Sequence record: SRR2962707_1437
DNA length: 54,294 bases
Direction: 5' to 3' (one strand)
Shown: in pieces, positions 1 through 8,663 of the stretch
Layout: each line of letters starts with the position of its first letter
How positions within the stretch are numbered: the stretch's first letter is position 1
Program-made: the position numbers and the translations under genes
The notes under the pieces: model-generated
Told to the model about the DNA's origin: nothing
What the model saw: the letters and a program-made list of their open reading frames with translations, nothing else
Databases searched by the model: none

Positions 1-7
1 AGCGAAC

Positions 8-149
8 GAAAAGGTCCGGTGGACCTTTTCGAGCATCGAACGCCCTGAGCCATGCGAAGGGCAGGAGCCGCTTGCTCGGCCTTAGCCATCTGGACCACCC
101 TCCCCTTGAGGGAGGGTCAAAATTTGCACCGCAAATTTTGGGGAGGGGT
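8..149. repeat. Cluster of REP/RIME-like palindromic intergenic elements
   Basis: Hairpins GAAAAGGTCC-ggt-GGACCTTTTC (8-30), ACCCTCCC-cttga-GGGAGGGT-like (98-118) and AAAATTTGC-acc-GCAAATTTT (119-140); style typical of alphaproteobacterial intergenic repeats; copy number cannot be seen here. Confidence 0.55.
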
Positions 150-180
150 AGGAATTCGGATTCGCTTCGGCTTATTCAGT

Positions 181-211
181 ATGTCACGCGCATGTCGCAA
201 AACCCCGTCAT
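181..211 (+). promoter_or_regulatory. Probable Pho box upstream of pstS-like gene
   Basis: ATGTCAC-gcgc-ATGTCGC half-sites at 11-bp spacing plus CCGTCAT at 205. Confidence 0.55.
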
Positions 212-244
212 GCCTTGAAGGCTTGTGTCTATGTCGGGAACTCC

Positions 245-1039
245 ATGAAACGCCACCTTCTTCTCGCCACCCTTCTTTCCTTTTCGGCCCTCACGCCCGC
301 CCATGCGGTCGACGAGCGCTACCCGGACTATGAACCGCGTCCCGGCCTCGCGGGCGAGGCGTCGGTTGCCGGGGCGCCGGCGCCGGCGAGCCTCCTGCTG
401 CTCTGGCCGGAGAGCTTCCGCATGGCGCAGCCGGAAACCGTGCTGCATCCCGGCGGCGCGGAGGGAGGTGTCAGGATCAGGGCGGCGGTCGAGGCGATTG
501 CCGTTCTCGTCAACGCGGAGAACCCGCTCGCCTGCATCCCGCTCGACGCGCTGCACACTCTCTACACGGACGAAAATCCGTCGTGGAGCATGGCGGGCGG
601 ACCGTCCACGCCGGTCCTTGCGATGGCGCGCGAGACGGAGCCGGGCGAGAGCGACTTCTTCGCCGAAGCCGCGCTCACGGGTGCGCCCTTCGCCCCCGGC
701 GTCGTGCGCGTCGCGCGCTATTCGGATCTGCTCGACAGGCTCGCCGAAACGCCGGGCGGCATCGGCTACGCGCCTGCCGGCTACCGGGGCGACGGCGTCA
801 AGGCGCTGCAAGTGTCGGATGGCGGCGGCTGCGCCGCTCCCAGTGCATCGAGCGCCTACCGTGCCGACTATCCGCTCGCCCGCTTCGTCCATCTCGAAGG
901 CATGAAGAACGAAGTGAGTCTTGCCTTCTTCGACTACGTCCTCTCGCAGGACGGTCAGCGTGACGGTGTCATCGCGGGCTTTTATTCCCTCCCCTGGGTG
1001 TTCGCGGAGGAAGAGCGGGAGAAGCTTCGTCTCGATTGA
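245..1039 (+). CDS. PstS-family periplasmic substrate-binding protein (divergent)
   Basis: Signal peptide MKRHLLLA..AHA; EAIAVLVNAENP, GGIGY and YPLARF..F..YVLS.DGQ..V...GFYSLP segments of the PstS/PBP2 family; start moved to ATG at 245. Confidence 0.75.
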   Translation: MKRHLLLATLLSFSALTPAHAVDERYPDYEPRPGLAGEASVAGAPAPASLLLLWPESFRMAQPETVLHPGGAEGGVRIRAAVEAIAVLVNAENPLACIPLDALHTLYTDENPSWSMAGGPSTPVLAMARETEPGESDFFAEAALTGAPFAPGVVRVARYSDLLDRLAETPGGIGYAPAGYRGDGVKALQVSDGGGCAAPSASSAYRADYPLARFVHLEGMKNEVSLAFFDYVLSQDGQRDGVIAGFYSLPWVFAEEEREKLRLD

Positions 1040-1154
1040 CGTTCCGCGGCTTTATCCCCGCTGTGACTTTTGCCGTTCCGGCTGTGACCTTTCTGTCGTT
1101 GCCGTTCTGCATCGGCGATGCCGTGCCGCCACAGCGGGGACAAGAGGCGCGTTC

Positions 1155-1183
1155 TTGACGGTTCGGTGACAGTTCGATGACGG
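1155..1183 (-). promoter_or_regulatory. Three-half-site Pho box with no downstream ORF
   Basis: Minus strand CCGTCAT-cgaa-CTGTCAC-cgaa-CCGTCAA, exact 11-bp period. Confidence 0.65.
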
Positions 1184-1223
1184 TCGCCCCGATTTGTCCC
1201 CGCTTGCCGGGTTATCCCCATGG

Positions 1224-1256
1224 CAAAACCCCCGGTGGATTTCTCCACCGGGGGTC
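1224..1256 (-). terminator. Intrinsic terminator of porin gene
   Basis: 12-bp stem ACCCCCGGTGGA/TCCACCGGGGGT followed by T-run on minus strand. Confidence 0.75.
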
Positions 1257-1296
1257 TGCCGTCTGACGATCTGCGAGGATCGGACTGGACGTAGGC

Positions 1297-2685
1297 TCAG
1301 AAGGCGAACTGCGTGCGCAGCGCAACCGCATCGTGGCCGAAGTTCGAGTTGGTGACGCCGCCCCGGTCTTCTACATCCACGTTCAGGTAGTTGAGCATGA
1401 AACGGAGGTTGTTGTTGACGTACCAGTTGAGGCCCACCGTGATGATGTCCTGCTCGCCGCCCGCGATGCCCGCGCTGGCGTCGTTGAGATCGGCCTGGCT
1501 GTAGCGCGCCGCGATTTCCCAGGCACCCGAGCCCTTGTTGCCGAAGCCGAAGGGATTGGCAGGCTTCACACCCTTGAAGGCAGCCTTCTTGATGTCATAG
1601 TTGTAGGATTCGCCCGTCAGAATCCACGAGGCCTGCAGGTACCAGGCGTCAAGATCGGCGTCGGGGTTTGCGTTGAGGCCGCTGACGTCGAAACGGTAGT
1701 ATTCGCCCTGAGCGCGGAACGGGCCGTAGTTGAACGCGAGTTCCGGACCATAGACCGAGACCGTATCGACCGTGGCGCCGAAATTCGCGTCGATCAGGCG
1801 CGTCGGGTCAATACGGAGTTCCGGCCGGTCGCGGAGGCGAAGCGCGTCGCCCGGCAGATTGAAGGAGTGCGAAGCCGAAACGCCAAAGTGAAAGTTCGCA
1901 CCTTCTTTCGGTGAGGTTGCGTAGGCCAGACGACCAACGGCGTTCGACGTATCGAAGTCCGTGTTGCCCGCCGAAGTGTTGTTGCCGACGGTGCCCATGG
2001 AATAGAAGGCGCTGCTGTAGAAATTGCTGGTGTTGTAGATACCGCCGAGCAGCATGCGCCCTTCGCCCGCCGCCGGGCTGATGGCGAGATTTGCTGCCGT
2101 GGCGCGTTCGATGAAGGTAATGTCGTTCGAAGACGTCGAGTCGTCGAGCGTCATCCGCGGCTTCGTCGCACCGGTGAGGATCTGCAGGCCGTCGATGCCT
2201 TTGTAGGCCAACACCGCTTCGTAGATGCGGGCGTTCGATTCCGTGCCACTGTCGCCGAAGTTGAATTCGATATTGTATCCGAAATCCTTGGCGAGCGTGC
2301 CGTTGAGACCGACACGGAGGCGCCGGAAGTTGGCGTTGCCGCGCAAGCCGCCGAAGTTGGCCTTGCTGGCGTCGTCCTGGTCGTAGCCGCCGACGTCGAG
2401 ATGGGCGCGACCGGTGATGCCGAAAGTGAAGTTGCCGTCGGCCGACTTGAAGACCGGACGGCCGTTCTTCAGCGAGACCTCGACGTCGCTCTTGCGTTCC
2501 TCGAGGCTCTTGATCGCGTTGCCGTGCTGGATCTGCACGTCGTCGACCTTCCGCTGCAGCGCTTCGATCTGCGCTTTCAGGGCGTCGAGTTCCGCCTGGG
2601 TGTTGCTGGCGGCGAAGGCGGGTACCGCGAGAAAGGCGGCTGCGCCCAGTGCGGTACCGGCCAGCAGAATGTTTCGCAACGTCAT
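1297..2685 (-). CDS. oprP: Phosphate-selective porin OprO/OprP family
   Basis: Signal peptide, N-terminal coiled coil, FRRLRVG, TSSNDITFIER, RLRDRPE, GAWEIAARYS, GLNWY motifs, C-terminal F. Confidence 0.9.
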   Translation of the reverse strand: MTLRNILLAGTALGAAAFLAVPAFAASNTQAELDALKAQIEALQRKVDDVQIQHGNAIKSLEERKSDVEVSLKNGRPVFKSADGNFTFGITGRAHLDVGGYDQDDASKANFGGLRGNANFRRLRVGLNGTLAKDFGYNIEFNFGDSGTESNARIYEAVLAYKGIDGLQILTGATKPRMTLDDSTSSNDITFIERATAANLAISPAAGEGRMLLGGIYNTSNFYSSAFYSMGTVGNNTSAGNTDFDTSNAVGRLAYATSPKEGANFHFGVSASHSFNLPGDALRLRDRPELRIDPTRLIDANFGATVDTVSVYGPELAFNYGPFRAQGEYYRFDVSGLNANPDADLDAWYLQASWILTGESYNYDIKKAAFKGVKPANPFGFGNKGSGAWEIAARYSQADLNDASAGIAGGEQDIITVGLNWYVNNNLRFMLNYLNVDVEDRGGVTNSNFGHDAVALRTQFAF

Positions 2686-2785
2686 TTGACGTCTCCGTGT
2701 TCTGTGGATGAGCTTCTGTTGCAGGATTGGCAGCCGCGACGAACGCCGCGAACACCCCCCATGCCGTCGCTCGTAACAGAGCTAT

Positions 2786-2825
2786 GTGACGGTTCGTTTC
2801 AACTTTTATGACAGCGCGATGACGG
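2786..2825 (-). promoter_or_regulatory. Pho box array upstream of porin
   Basis: Minus strand CCGTCAT-cgcg-CTGTCAT-aaaa-GTTGAAA-cgaa-CCGTCAC, 11-bp period, upstream of a canonical PhoB target. Confidence 0.8.
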
Positions 2826-2990
2826 TCCCCCGCCGTGGCGCGAATACGCCTGTGGGGGCATCGGAGAGACCCACATGAAGCGAAGAAAAAGACATGAAAT
2901 CAAAGGGATAGATTCTCGCAGGCAGGCTGCGTCTTTCCGGCAACGCAGCCTGAAAAAGCCGCCGTCGAAGCGGCTGCGCGGCGCTCGCGG

Positions 2991-4217
2991 TCAGGTCCCG
3001 GCGAGTTTTGTGACGACGGCGGAACTCTTCTCAAGGGTCCGGTGAACGGGGCATTTCCCTGCAATCTCGACAATCTTGGCTTCAAGTTCCGGGGCGATCC
3101 CGCCCTCGATATGGATGGTTCTCTCGAAGCGGTCGATGTAGCCCTCGCGGCCTTCCGCGCATTCCGCGCAGTCCTTCGCGTGAACCTTGGCGTGGGCGAC
3201 CTCAACGGAAACGCGGCCGAGATCGATCCCCTTCTTGTCGGCATACATCCGCAAGGTCATGGAGGTGCAGGCGCCCAACGCGATCGACAGAAAGTCATAG
3301 GGATTGGGGCCGGAGCCGAGACCACCATAACTTTCCGGTTCGTCCGCGATCAGCCGGTGCGGCCCGCGCGCGACGCGCTGCTGGAACTTGCCCGCGCCCG
3401 TCTCGGTCACGGTCACGTTTTCGGGATCGCCTCCAGCATCGTCCGCGACTTCGGAGCCGATATAGCGCGAGGCCCATGCGGCGAGCACGTCGGCCACATA
3501 GAGTGCGTCGCTCCGCCGTGCGAGCAGGTGGCTCGCATCGTCGAGTGAGATGAAACTTTTCGGATGCTTCGCCGCGTCGAAAATCTTTGCGGCGTTCTCG
3601 ATGCCGACGGTCTGGTCGAGCGGGGCATGGAAAACGAGAAGGGCCTTGCGGAGGGACGATATTCTTGTTGCGAGGTTTTGCTCCCGCACGTCGTCGAGAA
3701 ACTGCTTTCGGATCGAAAACTTTCGTCCGGCAAGCGTCACCTCGGCTTCGCCCGTTTCCTCGATCCGCGACAGGTCGGCCTTGAAGTTGTGGATCACATG
3801 GTCGGCATCCGCCGGAGCGGCAATGGTTGCGACCGCCTTCGCCTCCGGCACATCGCCCGCCGCCGCGAGCACCGCCGCGCCGCCGAGGCTATGACCGATC
3901 AGGATGGCGGGTGCCTGATGCTCGCGGCGCAGGAAGTCGACGGCACACAGAAGGTCTTCGACATTGGAAGAGAAGTTCGTATTGGCAAACTCCCCTCCGC
4001 TCATGCCGAGCCCCGTGAAATCGAAGCGAAGCACGCCGATGCCGCGCGCCGCCAGCGCGCCCGCGATGCGCGCGGCGGCGAAGATGTCCTTCGAGCAAGT
4101 GAAGCAATGAGCGAAGACCGCATAGGCCTCCGCCGGTCCGGCAGGAAGATCGAGCAGCGCGGAAAGGGGCTCTCCCTGCGAGCCCGTGAACGTCACCTTC
4201 ATCGAACGGCCTGCCAT
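2991..4217 (-). CDS. Bifunctional alpha/beta hydrolase-OsmC family protein
   Basis: FAHCFTCSKD, GHSLGG nucleophile elbow, C-terminal OsmC motifs LGACTSMT and KCPVHRTL; start ATG 4217 with GGAG RBS. Confidence 0.9.
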   Translation of the reverse strand: MAGRSMKVTFTGSQGEPLSALLDLPAGPAEAYAVFAHCFTCSKDIFAAARIAGALAARGIGVLRFDFTGLGMSGGEFANTNFSSNVEDLLCAVDFLRREHQAPAILIGHSLGGAAVLAAAGDVPEAKAVATIAAPADADHVIHNFKADLSRIEETGEAEVTLAGRKFSIRKQFLDDVREQNLATRISSLRKALLVFHAPLDQTVGIENAAKIFDAAKHPKSFISLDDASHLLARRSDALYVADVLAAWASRYIGSEVADDAGGDPENVTVTETGAGKFQQRVARGPHRLIADEPESYGGLGSGPNPYDFLSIALGACTSMTLRMYADKKGIDLGRVSVEVAHAKVHAKDCAECAEGREGYIDRFERTIHIEGGIAPELEAKIVEIAGKCPVHRTLEKSSAVVTKLAGT

Positions 4218-4361
4218 TGTTCCATTCTCCTGTTTGTCCGCCCCGAATGTGAGTGAGCTTACCGCAAACAACAGAAACCGGCGCGCCTCGCGGTGATTGA
4301 GGGAACCTGGATGGAACCCGATCTGGGTAAATCCGGCGGCAATGCAGCAGCAATAAGATTC

Positions 4362-4386
4362 GGAACGGTGCCTTGGCCGGACCGTT
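4362..4386 (+). promoter_or_regulatory. EcfG (sigmaT)-type promoter
   Basis: GGAAC-N16-CGTT upstream of the PRC-barrel gene. Confidence 0.75.
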
Positions 4387-4443
4387 AGTACGGCAAGGGC
4401 CGCGCGGACAGTGCGGCCGGATCGCAGATAAAGGAGAAACATC

Positions 4444-5250
4444 ATGAAGCGGCTTTTCACGACGACCGCGCTGGTTGCCTCGATGGCTTTTGCGTCGGCG
4501 GCCTATGCGGCATCGAATGACGCGAAGAACGCGCCGATGGAAGTGACCCCGGCAGAGCAGCAGGACACGCAGGCTGCGACCGAAACGCCGGATGAATTGC
4601 TGACCGGTTCCCTCAAGGAAAGCGCAGACGTGCTGACCATGAACGGCGATGCAGCGGTGATGTCCGAAACCGCGATCTCCGCGCGCGACGTGATCGGCGC
4701 GAGTGTCGTCGGCCCGGACGGCGAGGAAGTCGGCGCGGTCGATGATCTGGTCCTCGCGGAGGATCGTTCCATCGAACAGATCATCGTCGCCGATGGCGCG
4801 GTGCTCGGCTTTGGCGGAAAGAATGTCGCCATCGACTTCCAGGGCGCTTCGATCACGCGCGACGAAAGCGACGATCGCACGGTACGCATCGGCATGACCG
4901 GTGAGGCTCTTGAGAGCGCCGCCGAGTTCGACAAGGCGCCGCTCGAAGAATCCGGCACCCGCCTTGCCAGTGCCTGGATCGACCGTGAAGTGACGCTGGC
5001 GACGGCCGATGACGGTTCCGGCACGGTGACCGACCTGATCATGGACGAGAACGGCACCGCCAAGTATGCGGTGGTGGAGTTCGGCGGTCTTCTGGAAATG
5101 GGCGACACGCAGGTCGCCATCGAAGTGGCCGACCTTGGCGTGGCCCCCGCGGAAGAACCCTTCAATCTCTCCATGTCGCAGGACGAGCTTCGCAGCGCCT
5201 CGAAGTTCCACTACGAGGCCGAAGAGGTTCCGCAGCAGACCGACATGTAA
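4444..5250 (+). CDS. Periplasmic PRC-barrel domain protein (two barrels)
   Basis: Signal peptide; VIGASVVGPDGEEVGAVDDL..GAVLGFGGKNVAI and second V.DLIMD..G....AVVEFGGLL repeat. Confidence 0.8.
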   Translation: MKRLFTTTALVASMAFASAAYAASNDAKNAPMEVTPAEQQDTQAATETPDELLTGSLKESADVLTMNGDAAVMSETAISARDVIGASVVGPDGEEVGAVDDLVLAEDRSIEQIIVADGAVLGFGGKNVAIDFQGASITRDESDDRTVRIGMTGEALESAAEFDKAPLEESGTRLASAWIDREVTLATADDGSGTVTDLIMDENGTAKYAVVEFGGLLEMGDTQVAIEVADLGVAPAEEPFNLSMSQDELRSASKFHYEAEEVPQQTDM

Positions 5251-5274
5251 TTCCGTCTGCAGCAAACGAAACAG

Positions 5275-5306
5275 GCCCGGCCGGTGCAAACCGGCCGGGC
5301 TTTTTC
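5275..5306 (+). terminator. Intrinsic terminator
   Basis: GCCCGGCCGGT-gcaa-ACCGGCCGGGC-TTTTT. Confidence 0.8.
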
Positions 5307-5377
5307 TTGAGTGAAGAAGGCAAGCACAGAAAAGGCGCCGCCTGAGACAGGGGGCGCCGCTTGATAGAGTTCTCTTG

Positions 5378-5486
5378 GGAAAGAAGTAGCCCCCGGTCCA
5401 GTGGGGCTTGGGGGGCGGGGATAAAACTGGACCGGGGGCTTGCAAAGGTTGCTGGCTCCGGGGAGACGCCACCATCGCAATTGCAT
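5378..5486 (-). ncRNA. Candidate EcfG-dependent sRNA (GsrN-like) with C-rich loops
   Basis: GGAAC-N17-CGTT promoter at 5518-5493, no credible ORF, 15-bp stem 5388-5402/5426-5440 with C-rich loop then U-rich tail; boundaries approximate. Confidence 0.6.
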
Positions 5487-5492
5487 ACAGAT

Positions 5493-5518
5493 AACGCGGG
5501 CCTGAAAGGATTGGTTCC
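5493..5518 (-). promoter_or_regulatory. EcfG-type promoter
   Basis: Minus strand GGAAC-caatcctttcaggcccg-CGTT. Confidence 0.7.
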
Positions 5519-5550
5519 GCAACCGGCGAAAAAATTTTCGGGGGGTGCCG

Positions 5551-7308
5551 TTAAATAAGAACCGGGAGCGCAACGGTCACCACACAGCCCTTTTCATCCA
5601 CATCCATATGGGCCCGCAATTGGCGCACGAGACCCCTGAACAGGTTGATATGGCCTTCGTCCGGGCGGTTCTCCAACAGCTCGCCCAGCACAGGTTCGTC
5701 GACCTTCATGGTGAGAATGGAACCGCCGCGCGGCTGCTCGGTCAGATCAAAATCGAGTTGGGTTGCCGGGTGCCCTTCCGGAGAAAGCCGCGTGGTGGCG
5801 TCCGCGATCAGCTCGGTGACGAGAAAGGCGAGGGTGAGCGCGGCGTCCGGCCGGGCGAAAACGGGGGACGGGCAGTGCATGCTGAGGACAGGGCGGCCCC
5901 ATTCGCTCGAGAGGTGCCGTTCCGTCGACTGGCATAGGTCTTTCAGGAGAACGCTAAGGTCGACCGAGCGGAAGTCGTCTCCCTGGTAGAAGGCCGCATG
6001 AACGATCCCGAGCGCGTTGAGCCGGCGCTGGACGTCGAGGAAGATCGCCGCCTGCTCCGGCGTTTTTGCGCGGCGGCTCTGCAGGCTCAGCAGGCTGTTC
6101 ATCACCTGAAGGTTGTTCCGCACACGGTGATTGATCTCGCGCACGAGAGCCTTCTGGTGGTCGAGCGCGGCACGTAGAGCTTCGTCGCGCGCCTGGATCG
6201 TATCCGCCATGGTGTTGAACTTGGTCGCCACGGCCTGAACTTCTTCGGGCGCATTCTTGTCCTGCTCGACCCGCGCGGTATCGTCGCCTGCGATGTAGCG
6301 GCGGATCGTCTGTCGGACATTGTTCAGCGGCTCGATCACGATGCGATCCGTCGCTCGTCCGGCGGTGATGCTTGCTGCGATCCAGATGAGAAGCGGAAAC
6401 GCGATAATGAAATAAAGGAGCGCGCGGGCGGCGGCCGAAAGCTCTTCAAGGTCTTGCGCATAGATGCCGAAGATATTGCCCGGAAGCGCCACCACGACAT
6501 AGGTGCGCTTGATGGAATCGACTCCGGTCTGCACAAACGTACCTGACATGAGGTCGGCGCCGGCGTCGGCGGTCCGTGGTGCCGGCAGCCATGTTTCGAT
6601 AGGGGTACCCTTGGTACGCTGTGCCAATATCGTTCCCTTCGAGTCGAGAAGGGCGATAGCGGAAGCATCGGGCAAGTCCGTCTCCTGCATCGGCAATGTG
6701 AGCGTGCGGGAAAGGACTTTGGCAGCGAGGATACCGATGGCGCGCCTGTCCGCGTCGTAGATCGGCAGCGTCGCAATCAACTCATGGCTTTGATCTCCCT
6801 CGTCCCCCGGCTCGCGCGCGACCTTCGGCGCCCATATCGAGAACTGCTGAGTCTCAATGGCTCTCCCGAACCAGTTAGGCTGGTTGCCTTCTTTGGCTTC
6901 CGGCCGGAGTTCCGGCGTGCGGCAGACCGTCTTGCCATCAAGCGCGATCAGATGCAGCGACGATATTTTGCGATTCTGCAGAACGATCCGCCGGAAGGTC
7001 TCTTCGCATACATTCCCATTTGCCGGGTTACCCAGGGGGAGCGCGGAAATCGTTTCCAGGAGGATGCTCAGTTCCTCAAGCGCGTTGCTCTGACGGGCGA
7101 GAATGGCCTCGCCGCGCGAAACGAGCGCGCTTTCCCGAAGCGAACGGTTGTGGAGGGCACTGCTGTATTGAGCGATTTCCGCAGCGAGACACAGCGGAAG
7201 AAGCGCGATCGCGAGATGGATGGCAATGCGCGTTTGTAGCGTCAGCCGCCCGCCGGGTGAGCGGCCGAAGCGTCTTAACCATCTTCTGGGTACAGACTCT
7301 GCGACCAA
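5551..7308 (-). CDS. GSR-associated HisKA_2 sensor kinase, PhyK-like (TM-Cache-TM-HAMP)
   Basis: EINHRVRNNLQ H-box, two TM helices, HAMP; adjacent to nepR/phyR. Confidence 0.85.
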   Translation of the reverse strand: MVAESVPRRWLRRFGRSPGGRLTLQTRIAIHLAIALLPLCLAAEIAQYSSALHNRSLRESALVSRGEAILARQSNALEELSILLETISALPLGNPANGNVCEETFRRIVLQNRKISSLHLIALDGKTVCRTPELRPEAKEGNQPNWFGRAIETQQFSIWAPKVAREPGDEGDQSHELIATLPIYDADRRAIGILAAKVLSRTLTLPMQETDLPDASAIALLDSKGTILAQRTKGTPIETWLPAPRTADAGADLMSGTFVQTGVDSIKRTYVVVALPGNIFGIYAQDLEELSAAARALLYFIIAFPLLIWIAASITAGRATDRIVIEPLNNVRQTIRRYIAGDDTARVEQDKNAPEEVQAVATKFNTMADTIQARDEALRAALDHQKALVREINHRVRNNLQVMNSLLSLQSRRAKTPEQAAIFLDVQRRLNALGIVHAAFYQGDDFRSVDLSVLLKDLCQSTERHLSSEWGRPVLSMHCPSPVFARPDAALTLAFLVTELIADATTRLSPEGHPATQLDFDLTEQPRGGSILTMKVDEPVLGELLENRPDEGHINLFRGLVRQLRAHMDVDEKGCVVTVALPVLI

Positions 7309-7375
7309 ACGTCAGCCCCTGTTTTGGCGTAAAGCGAGTCCGGTTTCTCGGTCCTCGGAGGAACGAAGCGGTCGC

Positions 7376-7585
7376 CTAGTCCTTTTCCCGCTCTTCTGAA
7401 TCGGACAATTTGTCCAGTAGAGCCGAGAATTCATCGGGAATAGGCTCATTGAGAACCTTCTGATAGGCACGCCTCAAACCCGTACCGAGCGCCTCCCGGC
7501 GGGCACCCTGTTCGACTTTATCTCGTGCATTCGCAGAATTGCCGTCGGATTTCGAGGCTACCCGCTTTTCGGTCTCGTCCGCCAC
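7376..7585 (-). CDS. nepR: NepR-family anti-sigma factor (copy divergent from phyR)
   Basis: LGTGLRRAYQKVLNEPIPDEFSALLDKL core. Confidence 0.85.
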   Translation of the reverse strand: MADETEKRVASKSDGNSANARDKVEQGARREALGTGLRRAYQKVLNEPIPDEFSALLDKLSDSEEREKD

Positions 7586-7672
7586 CTTGTCACCGCACTT
7601 TTGGCGTCGACTCCTGCCTATTCACAACCCGGCGAACGCAGAAGACGGTAAAAAATTTTCTACTGGGGATGA

Positions 7673-7769
7673 AACTCTTTTTGTTTCTGAGGGTTCCCTA
7701 AAACAGCAACTTTTTTGCGAATTTAATTCGCAGACATCAGGGCCGCAACCCGGTTATTCTTCCTACGTC
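7673..7769. promoter_or_regulatory. Divergent EcfG-type promoters for nepR and phyR
   Basis: Minus GGAAC-N16-AGTT (7697-7673); plus GCAAC-N16-CGTC (7745-7769). Confidence 0.55.
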
Positions 7770-7789
7770 AGCTACGGAGTCTGAAACGT

Positions 7790-8584
7790 ATGTCGCTCGC
7801 AGACCAAATCGCCCCTCTCTTGCCGCACCTGCGCCGCTATGCCCGTGCACTTACCGGGAATCAGAAACGCGGGGACGCCTATGTCCGTTCCCTGCTCGAG
7901 GCGATCATTGCAGATGATAGCATTCTGGATCGCAAGCTTGAGCCGCGGGTGGGACTTTACCACGCTTTCCACGCAATCTGGTCAACGGCCGACGTGGACG
8001 CAGCCCAGCCGGAGGAGATTGGCGACATCGAGAAGGTCGTTTCCCGGCGACTTTCACAAATGACTCCCATAAACCGCCAGGCGCTCCTGCTGACGGCCAT
8101 GGAAGGCTTCAGCAACCAGGAAACGGCCTGGGTTCTGCAGGTCGAGGCGTCAGAAGTGGCCGTCCTGATCGACGCGGCGCTCAAGGAAATCGACGGCCAG
8201 ATCGCCACGGATGTGCTGATTATCGAGGATGAACCGATCATTTCGATGGATCTCGAGCAGATCGTGCGTGATTTGGGCCATGAGGTGATGGCGACGGTTG
8301 TGACCCGGGACGAGGCAATCAACGCCATCGGCACCAAGAGGCCGGGTCTGGTGCTTGCCGATATTCAGCTCGCTGACGGAAGCTCGGGTATCGATGCCGT
8401 AAAGGACATTTTTTCCCGCTTCTCGGTTCCCGTGATTTTCATCACCGCCTATCCGGAACGTCTGCTGACCGGCGAGCGTCCGGAGCCGACGTTCCTGATC
8501 ACCAAACCTTTCCTGCAGAGCACAGTGAAGGCCGCGATCGGTCAGGCGCTCTTCTTCAACGCCGAGGAAAGTGCCGCCGCCTGA
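7790..8584 (+). CDS. phyR: Anti-anti-sigma response regulator PhyR
   Basis: Sigma-like N-terminus LPHLRRYARALTG, receiver with LADIQLADGSSG and FITAYPERLLTGERPEP. Confidence 0.97.
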   Translation: MSLADQIAPLLPHLRRYARALTGNQKRGDAYVRSLLEAIIADDSILDRKLEPRVGLYHAFHAIWSTADVDAAQPEEIGDIEKVVSRRLSQMTPINRQALLLTAMEGFSNQETAWVLQVEASEVAVLIDAALKEIDGQIATDVLIIEDEPIISMDLEQIVRDLGHEVMATVVTRDEAINAIGTKRPGLVLADIQLADGSSGIDAVKDIFSRFSVPVIFITAYPERLLTGERPEPTFLITKPFLQSTVKAAIGQALFFNAEESAAA

Positions 8585-8606
8585 CCAACGGACAGTCTCC
8601 GGAAAC

Positions 8607-8638
8607 AAAAAAGGCGCCGTTGATAACGGCGCCTTTTT
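8607..8638. terminator. Bidirectional terminator between phyR and ecfG
   Basis: AAAAAAGGCGCCGTT-gat-AACGGCGCCTTTTT. Confidence 0.85.
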
Positions 8639-8663
8639 CTTGCGTGCTATTTCCCGTCACGTG

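Noticed and set aside
3889-5475. 528-aa minus-strand ORF starting just after the EcfG promoter
   Set aside because: Overlaps the PRC-barrel gene antisense and the OsmC gene out of frame, and runs through strong hairpins; the non-coding interpretation fits better.
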